DNA of 64,000 bases from the human T2T-CHM13v2.0 reference genome, Homo sapiens, in NCBI RefSeq assembly GCF_009914755.1, contig NC_060935.1; one strand, written 5' to 3'. Position numbers and translations under genes: made by a program. Positions within the stretch are counted from its first letter, which is position 1. Every line of letters begins with the position of its first letter. The notes beneath the pieces were generated by a model. The model did no database searches, had not been told where the DNA came from, and was given only the letters and a program-made list of their open reading frames with translations. This document shows positions 1 through 14,299 of the stretch, piece by piece.

Positions 1-700
1 CTGCCCTTAACATTTTTTCCTTCATTTCAACTTTGGTGAATCTGACAATTATGTGTCTTGGAGTTGCTCTTCTCGAGGAGTATCTTTGTGGCGTTCTCTG
101 TATTTCCCGAATCTGAACGTTGGCCTGCCTTGCTAGATTGGGGAAGTTCTCCTGGATAATATCCTGCAGAGTGTTTTCCAACTTGGTTCCATTCTCCACA
201 TCACTTTCAGGTACACCAATCAGACGTAGATTTGGTCTTTTCACATAGTCCCATATTTCTTGGAGGCTTTGCTCATTTCTTTTTATTCTTTTTTCTCTAA
301 ACTTCCCTTCTCGCTTCATTTCATTCATTTCATCTTCCATTGCTGATACCCTTTCTTCCAGTTGATCGCATCGGCTCCTGAGGCTTCTGCATTCTTCACA
401 TAGTTCTCGAGCCTTGGTTTTCAGCTCCATCATCTCCTTTAAGCACTTCTCTGTATTGGTTATTCTAGTTATACATTCTTCTAAATTTTTTTCAAAGTTT
501 TCAACTTCTTTGCCTTTGGTTTGAATGTCCTCCCGTAGCTCAGAGTAATTTGATCATCTGAAGCCTTCTTCTCTCAGCTCGTCAAAATCATTCTCCATCC
601 AGCTTTGTTCTGTTGCTGGTGAGGAACTGCGTTCCTTTGGAGGAGGAGAGGCGCTCTGCGTTTTAGAGTTTCCAGTTTTTCTGTTCTGTTTTTTCCCCAT
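1..700 (-). pseudogene. L1 ORF1 with premature stop at codon 49
   Basis: Translates MGKKQNRKTGNSKTQSASPPPKERSSSPATEQSWMENDFDELREEGFR, then TGA at 556-554 where the consensus has CGA (Arg); a CpG transition. Confidence 0.9.
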
Positions 701-999
701 CTTTGTGGTTTTATCTACTTTTGGTCTTTGATGATGGTGATGTACAGATGGGTTTTCGGTGTAGATGTCCTTTCTGGTTGTTAGTTTTCCTTCTAACAGA
801 CAGGACCCTCAGCTGCAGGTCTGTTGGAATACCCTGCCGTGTGAGGTGTCAGTGTGCCCCTGCTGGGGAGTGCCTCCCAGTTAGGCTGCTCAGGGGTCAG
901 GGGTCAGGGACCCACTTGAGGAGGCAGTCTGCCCCTTCTCAGATCTCCAGCTGCGTGCTGGGAGAACCACTGCTCTCTTCAAAGCTGTCAGACAGGGTC

Positions 1000-1210
1000 A
1001 TTTAAGTCTGCAGAGGTTACTGCTGTCTTTTTGTTTGTCTGTGCCCTGCCCCCAGAGGTGGAGCCTACAGAGGCAGGCAGGCTTCCTTGAGCTGTGGTGG
1101 GCTCCACCCAGTTCGAGCTTCCCGGCTGCTTTGTTTACCTAAGCAAGCCTGGGCAATGGCGGGCGCCCCTCCCCCAGCCTCGTTGCCGCCTTGCAGTTTG
1201 ATCTCAGACT
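1000..1210 (+). promoter_or_regulatory. L1 antisense promoter region, firing rightwards
   Basis: Corresponds to about nt 400-600 of the L1 5'UTR, the established ASP position; activity not shown. Confidence 0.7.
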
Positions 1211-1371
1211 GCTGTGCTAGCAATCAGCGAGATTCCGTGGGCGTAGGACCCTCTGAGCCAGGTGTGGGATATAGTCTCGTGGTGCGCCGTTTCTTAAGCC
1301 GGTCTGAAAAGCGCAATATTCGGGTGGGAGTGACCCGATTTTCCAGGTGCGTCCGTCACCCCTTTCTTTGA
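1156..1371 (+). CDS. ORF0: L1 ORF0, antisense 71-aa ORF, intact
   Basis: ATG at 1156 gives MAGAPPPASLPPCSLISDCCASNQRDSVGVGPSEPGVGYSLVVRRFLSRSEKRNIRVGVTRFSRCVRHPFL*, the known primate L1 ORF0. Internal donor-like sites CAG|GTGTGG (1262) and CAG|GTGCGT (1347). Confidence 0.9.
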   Translation: MAGAPPPASLPPCSLISDCCASNQRDSVGVGPSEPGVGYSLVVRRFLSRSEKRNIRVGVTRFSRCVRHPFL

Positions 1372-1584
1372 CTCGGAAAGGGAACTCCCTGACCCCTTGC
1401 GCTTCCCAGGTGAGGCAATGCCTCGCCCTGCTTCGGCTCGCGCACGTTGCACACACACACTGGCCTGCGCCCACTGTCTGGCACTCCCTAGTGAGATGAA
1501 CCCGGTACCTCAGATGGAAATGCAGAAATCACCCGTCTTCTGCGTCGCTCACGCTGGGAGCTGTAGACAGGAGCTGTTCCTATT

Positions 1585-1595
1585 CGGCCATCTTG
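1585..1595 (-). promoter_or_regulatory. YY1 site of the L1 internal sense promoter
   Basis: CAAGATGGCCG intact on the minus strand near the L1 5' end. Confidence 0.85.
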
Positions 1596-1606
1596 GCTCC
1601 TCCTCC

Positions 1607-1828
1607 AGTTAATATTTTTCTGTCCCCGGCCGTGGCTCCTCCTCCCCGAGCAGTGGGGCTCGCTGGACAAGTGTCCTCAGATAGTCCAGAAAGTTTGCTC
1701 TGCGGTCCCGGGGACGCCTGCGTGGGACCCAGTGAGGAAAGCGGGGCTGGCTCCTCGCACCTCGGGCAGCCGCCGCTCGAAAGTCTTGGCCCAGGTCCTC
1801 CAGGCCCGGCTCAAACTCAGGAGTGGAA
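1607..1828 (-). other. CpG-rich non-L1 leader abutting the L1 5' end; probable 5'-transduced cellular exon(s)
   Basis: 15 CpGs in 1621-1812, no ATG on the minus strand, ends ...GGGGACAG|AAAAATATTAACT|L1. Bounded on the right by TTTTTTTT/AAA (1829-1839). Confidence 0.65.
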
Positions 1829-2127
1829 TTTTTTTTAAATGAAATAAAATAAAGCCAAGATTAGTTATCTATATAATGTGCATGCTCTGGAGGTAAGCAG
1901 AATCATTTCCTTTTAAAGGTTTGCTAGCTGAATTTCCAAAACAAATGTGCATGCATATACTTTATACTGTATATACATATAACACATACAGTTGAACCTT
2001 TAACAACACAGATCAGAAAAAGCAGAGAAGGTATCAAAGGAAAAAGAGGAAATAATTACATCATCTAAAGCATAGCAACTGCCGTCCTCTCTTCTAGAGC
2101 TGCTAATGGAGCCAAAAGTGAAAGTTA

Positions 2128-2430
2128 TAGGATTGTCTTGGCAATGTGGGCTATTTTGTGGTTCCATGTGAACTTTAAAGTAGTTTTGTCCAATTCTGTG
2201 AAGAAAGTCATTGGTAGCTTGATGGGGATGGCACTGAATCTGTAAATTACCTCGGGCAGTATGGCCATTTTCACGATATTGATTCTTCCTATCCACGAGC
2301 AGGGAAAGTTCTTCCATTTGTTTGTGTCCTCTTTTATTTTGTTGAGCAGTGGTTTGTAATTCTCTTTGAAGAGGTCCTTCACATCCCTTGTAAGGTGGAT
2401 TTTTAGGTATTTTATTCTCTTGGAAGCAAT
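2128..2430 (-). mobile_element. Inverted L1PA ORF2 fragment
   Basis: Encodes [12 protein letters not shown]...[14 protein letters not shown]...IAKTIL; homologous to 5831-6135 in the opposite orientation. Confidence 0.9.
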
Positions 2431-2479
2431 ATCGGTACGTCACCATCATCAAAGACCAAAGGTAGATAAAACCACACAG

Positions 2480-3494
2480 ATGGGGAAAAAACAGAGCAGA
2501 AAACCTGAAAAATCTAAAAATCAGAGCACCTCTCCACCTCCAAAGGAATGCAGCTCCTCACCTGAAACACAACAAAGCAGGATGGCAAATGACTGACGAG
2601 TTGAGAGAAGAAGGCTTCAGATGATCAAACTTCTCCGAGATAAAGGAGGAATTTCGAACCCACAGCAAAGAAGCTAAAAATCTTGAAAAAAGATTAGACG
2701 AATGGCTAACTAGAATAACCAGTATAGAAAAGTCCTTAAATGATGTGATGGAGCTGAAAACCATGGCACAAGAACTATGTGACAGATGCACAAGCCTCAG
2801 TAGCCGATTCGATCAACTGGAAGAAAGGGTATCAGTGATGGAAGATCAAATGAATGAAATGAAGTGAGAAGAGAAGTTTAGAGAAAAAAGACTAAAAGGA
2901 AACGAACAAAGCCTCCAAGAAATATGGGACTAGGTGAAAAGACCAAATCTACATCTTATTGGTGTACCTGAAAGTGACGGGGAGAATGGAACCAAGTTGG
3001 AAAACACTCTGCAGGATATTATCCAGGAGAACTTCCCCAATCTAGCAAGGCAGGCCAACATTCAAATTCAGGAAATACAGAGAATGCCACAAAGATAGTC
3101 CTCGAGAAGAACAACTCCAAGACACATAATTGTCAGATTCACCAAAGTTGAAATGAAGGAAAAAATGTTAAGGGCAGCCAGAGAGAAAGGTCAGGTTACA
3201 CACAAAGGGAAGCCCATCAGACTAACAGTGGATCTCTCAGCAGAAACTCTACAAGCCAAAAGAGAGTGGGGGCCAATATTCAACATTCTTAAAGAGAAGA
3301 ATTTTCAACCCAGAATTTCATATCCAGCCAAACTAAGCTTCATAAGTGAAGAAGAAATAAAATACTTTATAGACAAGCAAATGCTGAGAGATTTTGTCAC
3401 CACCAGGCCTGCCCTAAAAGAGCTCCTGAAGGAAGCATTAAACATGGAAAGGAACAACCGGTACCAGCCACTGCAAAAACATGCCAAATTGTAA
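2480..3494 (+). pseudogene. L1 ORF1, disrupted
   Basis: MGKKQSRK... from 2480; frameshift near 2590 and stops; C-terminus ...YQPLQKHAKL* ends at 3494. Confidence 0.9.
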
Positions 3495-3557
3495 AGACCA
3501 TCAATGCTAGGAAGAAACTGCATCAACTAATGAGCAAAATAACCAGGTAACATCATA

Positions 3558-7472
<3,915 letters not shown>

Positions 7473-7708
7473 ACAATGAGAACACATGGACACAGGAAGG
7501 GAGGGGAACATCACACTCTGGGGACTGTTGTGGGGTGGGGGGAGGGGGGAGGGATAGCATTAGGAGATATACCTAATGCTAAATGACGAGTTAATGGGTG
7601 CAGCACACCAGCATGGCACATGTATACATATGTAACTAACCTGCACATTGTGCACATGTACCCTAAAACTTAAAGTATAATAATAATAAAATAAAATAAA
7701 ATAAAATA

Positions 7709-8465
7709 ATCTGTTAAAACTAACAAATTTAGTAAAGTTGCAAGATATAAAATGTTACATTTTTATACAATGACAATTAACTATTTGAAAAAGCAATTAA
7801 GAAAATATTACTATTTATAATAGCATCAAAATAATAAAATACTTAGGAATAAATTTAATGAAAGATAAAAGAGTTGTAAGTGAAATCTAAACAATATTAA
7901 TAAAATAAATGGAAGAAGAAACAAATAAATTGAAAGATATCTCTTTATAGACTAGAAGAATTAATATTGCTAAAATGCCTGAATCACCCAAAGTCTTCAA
8001 CAGATGCAACACAATTCCTATAAAAGTTACAGTGGCATTTTTTACAGAAATAGAAAAAGAATCCTAAAAATTTGTATGAAAACACAAAAGACTTCAAATA
8101 GCCAAAGCAATCTTGAGAAAGAACAAAGGTGGGAGCATTACATTATCTAATTTCAAAATACATACATATCTATCAAAATCAAACTCTATGGTACTGGTAT
8201 AAAAATCTTTGCACATACACTGAACTAATATTTGAAGAAGGTGCCAAGAATACACAATGAGAAAAATAGAGTCTCTTCAATAAGTGGTGTTGGGAAAACT
8301 GGATATCCAAAAACAAACAAACAAACAAACCGAAGAACTGAAATTGTAACCTATCTGAAACCATTCACAAAAATTAACTCCTAGTGGAGTAAAGAATTAA
8401 TGTCGGTTCTGATCCACGAAATTTGTAGAATAAATATCGAGAATAAGCCTTTTGACATTGTCCTG
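7709..8465 (+). mobile_element. Old L1M ORF2 fragment
   Basis: Degenerate match to the NKFSKVAGYK...[10 protein letters not shown] region. Confidence 0.75.
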
Positions 8466-9313
8466 GTTGAGACATTTTCAGGTTCAAATTACTTGGAAAT
8501 CTTCTATTTTATTTTATTTATTTGCTTATTTTAAGTCTCGAGATACATGTGCAGGATGTGCAGGTTTCTTACATAGGTAAACATATGCCATGGTGGTTTG
8601 CTGCACCTATCAACCCATCACCTAGGTATTAAGCCCTGCATGCATTAGCTATTTAGCCTGATGTTCTCCCTCCCTCTGCTTCTCCAGCAGGCCCCAGTGT
8701 GTGTTATTCCCCTCTCTGTGTCCACGTGTTCTCATTGTTCAGCTCTCACTTATAAATGAGAACATGTGGTATTTGGTTTTCTGTTCCTATGTTAGTTTGC
8801 TGAGGATAATGGCTCCCAGCTCCATTCATGTCCCTGCAAAGGACATGATCTTGTACCTTTCAATGGCTGTATAGCATTCCATGGTGTATATGTACCACAT
8901 TTTCTTTATCCAGTCTATTATTGATAGACATTAGGGTTAATTTCATGTCTTTGCTATTGTGAATAATGCTGCAATGAACATATGTGGGCATATATCTTTG
9001 TAACAGAATGATTTATATTCCTTTGGGTATATGCCCAGTAATGGGATTGCTGGGTCAAATGGTATTTCTGGTTCTAGGTCTTTGAGTAATTGCCACAATG
9101 TCTTTCACAATGGTTGATCTAATTTACATTTCTACCAACAGTCTAAAAGTGTTTCTATTTCTCCACAGCCTCACCAGCATCTGTTGTTTCTTGACTTTTG
9201 AATAATCACTACTCTGACTGGCATGCGATGGTATCCTATTGTGGTTTTGATTTGCATTTCTTTAATAATCAGTGATGTTGAGCTTTATTTCAATGTGTTT
9301 GTTGGCCACATAA

Positions 9314-9660
<347 letters not shown>

Positions 9661-9814
9661 CCTTTGCCCACTTTTTAATGGGGATGTTTGATTTTCTCTT
9701 ATAGATTTATTTAAGTTCCTTGTGGATTCTAGATATTAGACTTTTGTCAGATGGATAGATTGCAAAAATTTTCTCCCATTCTGTAGGTTGCCTGTTCACT
9801 CGGATGACAGTTCA

Positions 9815-10171
9815 TTTTTCTTTCTTTTTTTTCTTTCTTTTTCTTTCTTGTTTTTTTTTTTGTTGTTGTTGTTGTTGTTTATTTATTTTGAGATGGAGTC
9901 TCACCCTGTTTTCCAGACTGGAGTGCAGAGTTGTGTGATCTTGGCTCACTGCAACCTCTGCCTCCCAGGTTCAAGCAATTCTCCTGCCTCAGACTCCTGA
10001 GTAGCTGAGATTACAGGTGCATGTCACCAACTCCAAGCTAATTTTTGTAATTTTAGTAGAGACAGTATTTCACATTTTGGCCAGACTGGAGTCAAACTCC
10101 TGAACTCAACTTATCCACCCACCTTGGCCTTCCAAAGTGCTGGGATTACAGGTGTGAGCCACCATGCCCAG
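9815..10171 (-). mobile_element. AluS-type nested in L1
   Basis: Dimer with degenerate T/GTT tail; TSD approx GA(T/C)GA(C/T)AGTT. Confidence 0.85.
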
Positions 10172-11159
10172 CAGACGATAGTTTCTTTTGTTGTTCAGAA
10201 GTTCTTTAGTTTAATTAGATTCCATTTGTCAATTTTGGCTTTTGTTGCAATTGCTTTTAACACTTTTCATCATGAAATCTTTGCCTGCGCCTATGTCCTG
10301 AATGGTATTGCCTAGATTTTCTTCCAGGGCTTTTATAGTCTTGGGTTTTACATTTAAATCTTTAATCTATCTTGAGTTAATTTTCATATGAGGTATAAGG
10401 AAGCGGTCCAGTTTCAATTTTCTGCATATGGCTAGCCAGCTTTCCTAGCACGACTTATTAGAGAATCCTTTCCTCCTTGCTTGCTTTTGTCAGGTTTGTC
10501 GAAGATCAGAGAGTTGTAGATATACAGTCTTATTTCTGAGATTTCTATTATGTTCCATTTGTCTATGCCTCTGTTTTTATGCCAGTACCATGCTGTTTAG
10601 GTTACCATGGCCTTGTAGTATAGTTTGAAGTCAGGTAGTGTAATGCCTTCAGGTTTGTTATTTTTGCTTAGGATTGTCTTGGCTATATGGGTTCATCTTT
10701 GGTTCCATATGAATTTTAAGGTAGTTTTTCTAATTCTGTGAAGAACATCAATGGGAGTTTAATGGAAATTGCACTGAATCTATAAATTACTTTTGGCAGT
10801 ATGGCCATTTTCACAATATTGATTCTTCATATCCATAAGCATGAAATGTTTTTCCATTAGTTTGTGTCCTCTCACATTTCCTTGAGCAGTGGTTTGTAGT
10901 TCTCCTTGAAGAGGTCCTTCATTTCTTGTTAGCTTTATTCCTAGGTATTTTTTTCTCCTTGTAGCCACTGTGAATTGGACTTTATTCATGATTTTGCTCA
11001 TTGCTTGTTTATTACTGATGTATAGGAATGCTTGTGATTGTTGCACATTGATATTGTATCCTGAGTCTTTGCTGAAGTTGCTTATCAGCTTAAGAAGCTT
11101 TTGGGTTGAGACAGGGTTTTCTAGATATTGGATCATATCATCAGTGAAGAGGGACAGTT

Positions 11160-12800
11160 ATTTGAGAATCTTTAAACCTCATAAATTTAGATGTACATTT
11201 CTCTCCCCAAATTTGAGAAGTTTTTGGCTACTATTTATATAGATTGTTGGTCCCTTTCTGTTATTCATTTGAGATTTTCATAATGCACAAATTATTTTGC
11301 TTAATAATGTCCCATACATATGACTTATTCACTCTTTTTCATTCTTTTCTTCTTTTAGCTCCTCTGACAGGATAATTTTAAATAACCTCTCTTCAACTTT
11401 AACAGTTATTTCTTCTGCTTGAGTCTTCTTCTAAATATATTATTTTTTTTAATTCAGGCATTGTATACTTCAACTTTAGTATTTTTGTGTGATTTTTAAA
11501 AAATTCAATGTTTTCTATTTTTGCTGAATTTCTCATTTTGTTCGCAAATTGTTTCCTTAATTTTATTAAATTGTCTATCTCTGTTTTCTTGTAGCACACT
11601 AAACTTAAGAGGATTATTCTAAATTGTCTGTCAGTCAGTTCACAGATCTTCATTTATTTTATTTCATTTTATTTATTTTTGAGACAGGGTGTCACTCTTG
11701 TCACCTGGGCTGGAGTGCAATAGCATGGTCTCAGCTCACTGCAACCTCTGCCTCCTGGGCTCAAGCAATTCTCGTGCCTCAGCTTCCTGAGTAGCTGGGA
11801 TTACAGGTGCACACCATCACACCTGGCTAATTTTTGTATTTTTAGTAGAGATGGGGTTTCACCATGTTGGCCAGTCTGGTCTCAAATGCCTAACCTCAAG
11901 TGATCCACCTGCCTCAGCCTCCCAAAATGCTAGGATTACAGGCGTAAGCCATCGCACTTGGCCCAGATCTTCATTTCTTTAGTGTCAGTTATTGGAAATC
12001 TATTAGTTTTCTCTGGAGGTTTTTTGCTTCCTTGGTTATTTATGAAAGTTATATATTTGTTGTGATGACTGTGTATTTGAGAAAGTGATCACTTCTTTCA
12101 GCCTTGGCTGGTTTGCTTAGTGGGGAAAGACCTGCACCATTCTGTCCAGCCTGGAGTTCTAGACAGGCCAGCTGGTAAATTCTGTGAGGAGGAGGGGCCT
12201 GATCTCAGAGCTTGTAGTTGTTCAGGTCTGCTGCACATGCTTTACGGTTTAGTAGGGTTGCTGTCTGGGATTTGTAGTTAGGTGTCTTCTGACTGAGCTC
12301 TGTATTGTGGTAGGACCACTTCCTGAGCTTTCTGGTTCAGTGGGGCAAGTAGCTGAGCTTTTCAATCACCTCTGGTCATGCAAGTTTACAGGCTATTCCC
12401 TTTTCTAGAAGTGTCATTGGTTTACCTCCATGATTGGGTCAAGACACAGGTAAGCTCTGCAATCGCTCCTGGTCAAGCGGGATGCCATTTTTAGCTGCTT
12501 GGTGTGTCTGGCTGGACTCCACTTTCAGGTAGGACTGTAGGCTGGGTTCTGCTATCAAATGAGGTCTCAGGTTGCTTGTGCTTCACAGTTGGGTGTGGCT
12601 TCACGCTATTTTCTGCTGTGAGTTAGGGTCACCGGCTTGGCTCCCTAGTTTAGTAGGACCACAGACTATGCTCCATGACTGGTCAGGGCCACTGGCTGGG
12701 CTTCTTGCTTAGGTGTGGCCACATGCTATGTTCAGCAATTGGTCAGGGTCATGGGCTGGGCTTAGTGACCGGGTAAAACTTTATGTAAGGCTCCATGACT
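11160..12800 (-). mobile_element. Old L1M ORF1 and GC-richer 5'UTR
   Basis: ORF1-like MKICELTDRQFRIILL...; 12100-12800 has degenerate repeated units typical of old L1 5'UTRs. Confidence 0.65.
11656..11963 (-). mobile_element. AluS
   Basis: Full dimer; TSD CAGATCTTCATTT. Confidence 0.9.
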
Positions 12801-13558
12801 CAAATAATCTTCGGTGAGGAAAATTCTATGCTGTTGATTATTGCAGATAAATGAGTAGAACTCTGTTGTAGGAGTTCATTGTCAGTTCAAGTAATTCTAC
12901 CTTTAATTTTCTTTCATAAACCAGGCTCATGCATTCTTCTTTCTCCATCAACTCATTATAGAAAATTCTCCTTGAAACTATAGATATACATAGACATGGG
13001 ATACCTATTAATTCAATTGTGTCTTCCTGAACTTCCTAGGATTCGTCATACCATATCAAGGTGTATTATACCATTTCTGTGTAAAAATAAAATGCTTATT
13101 CACATTCAAAAGTTTTCTTTCATGTCCAACTTTATGATTCAGTATATCAGACAACACTTAATTTGTGATGAATAGCTCAAGTTGCATATATACTTGGTTG
13201 CTTTTTCTTGAGCATTCAGTCTCTATGCACTAGAAGTAGCAACCCACTAGCAGTAGCAAGCCAGGAGCTTCTTTTTAAATGAAGAATATTGTTAGCAAAA
13301 TATTGCATGTCCTTGTTTCAAACATTGCAATTCTTCTATCAAGCCTTATTAGAAGAAAAATTCACATTTGCCACAGGCACTTAAAGCACAATTGTATCTG
13401 ATGGGCTATAAGATCCAAATGACATGCGGCATTTTATTAGAACTTGAATGTGATAGAGAATTGTTTTTTGCTCCAACAAAGCAGGCAGCCTTATAGGTAA
13501 GCTGACAAATGGATAAAGCAGCACACATTTACACGTTTATTTAAAATGTCTTTGTTAA

Positions 13559-13856
13559 CTAGGCACGGTGGCTCACACCTGTAATCCCAGCACGTTGGGA
13601 GGCTGAGGTCGGCAGATCACTTGAGCTCAGGAGTTTGAGACCAGCCTGAAAAACATGGTGAAACTCTATTTCTACCAAAAAATTAGCCAGGCATGGTGGC
13701 ACACACCTGTAACTGCAGCTCCTTAGGAGGCTGAACCATAAGAATTGCCTGAACCCAGAAGGCAATGGTTGCAGTGAGCCAAGATCACACCACCGCACTC
13801 CAGTCTGGGTGACAGAAGAGGAAAGACTCCCTCTCAAAAAAAAAAAAAAAAAAAAA
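13559..13856 (+). mobile_element. Alu (S/J)
   Basis: Full dimer with poly-A; TSD AAAA(T/A)GTCTTTGTT. Confidence 0.9.
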
Positions 13857-14299
13857 GTCTTTGTTTCTCTGGGACTTTACAATCACTCATTCTATTGGTC
13901 TTTGGTCTGATCTTTAACCATATTTGCTTTTGGCTACATAAGATAAATAACTCCTTTTTTTATTTTACATTGTTAAATGTTCATTTTATGTCTATGTATA
14001 TTTTCCCTTAAATTCCAACTTGTAAAGTTTGAATGTATATTATACATGGAGATTTCTAAAGATGAATTTTAAGCAATTTTTGTGTTGTGTGACATTTTCC
14101 ACTGCCTACGCTCTTTCCCTTAAATTTTAACTCCTGAAGCAATACTTAGTTAAGAGCCATACTGTTTTTTGCTTTTTTGAGTACTATATTTCTGTTGTAT
14201 TAGTTTTTCTGAGTATGTTATGTTTCTTTGGAACATGAAACAATGATAATATAGGTTTTAAGATTAAAACGCAGTGTTCAAATTTTTCCCATCAAATGT

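Larger units (their letters stand above)
1..1606 (-). mobile_element. Young LINE-1 (L1HS-like; L1PA2 not excluded), complete 5'UTR plus start of ORF1; continues off the left edge
   Basis: Minus strand begins GGAGGAGGAGCCAAGATGGCCGAATAGGAACAGC at 1606, followed by a ~906-nt 5'UTR and the ORF1 ATG at 700. L1HS-type motifs: GCCAGTGTGTGTG, GGACATCTACACCGAAAACC, ORF1 KTQSASPPP. CpGs largely retained. Confidence 0.95.

Noticed and set aside
1397-1612. 71-aa ORF in the track as ORF0
   Set aside because: Same length by coincidence and starts at a non-ATG codon; true ORF0 is 1156-1371.
1593-1838. 81-aa Pro/Gly-rich ORF across the GC block
   Set aside because: Non-ATG start, spans the L1 junction, explained by GC content; no recognisable protein.
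1987-2011. TACAGTTGAACCTTTAACAACAC resembling a Tigger terminal repeat
   Set aside because: Too short and no partner TIR found.
7532-7553. G-quadruplex motif (also 49425-49447)
   Set aside because: Standard L1 3'UTR feature.
12100-12800. GC-richer block with degenerate repeats as a promoter or exon
   Set aside because: CpG-poor and contiguous with minus-strand L1M ORF1; best explained as an old L1 5'UTR.
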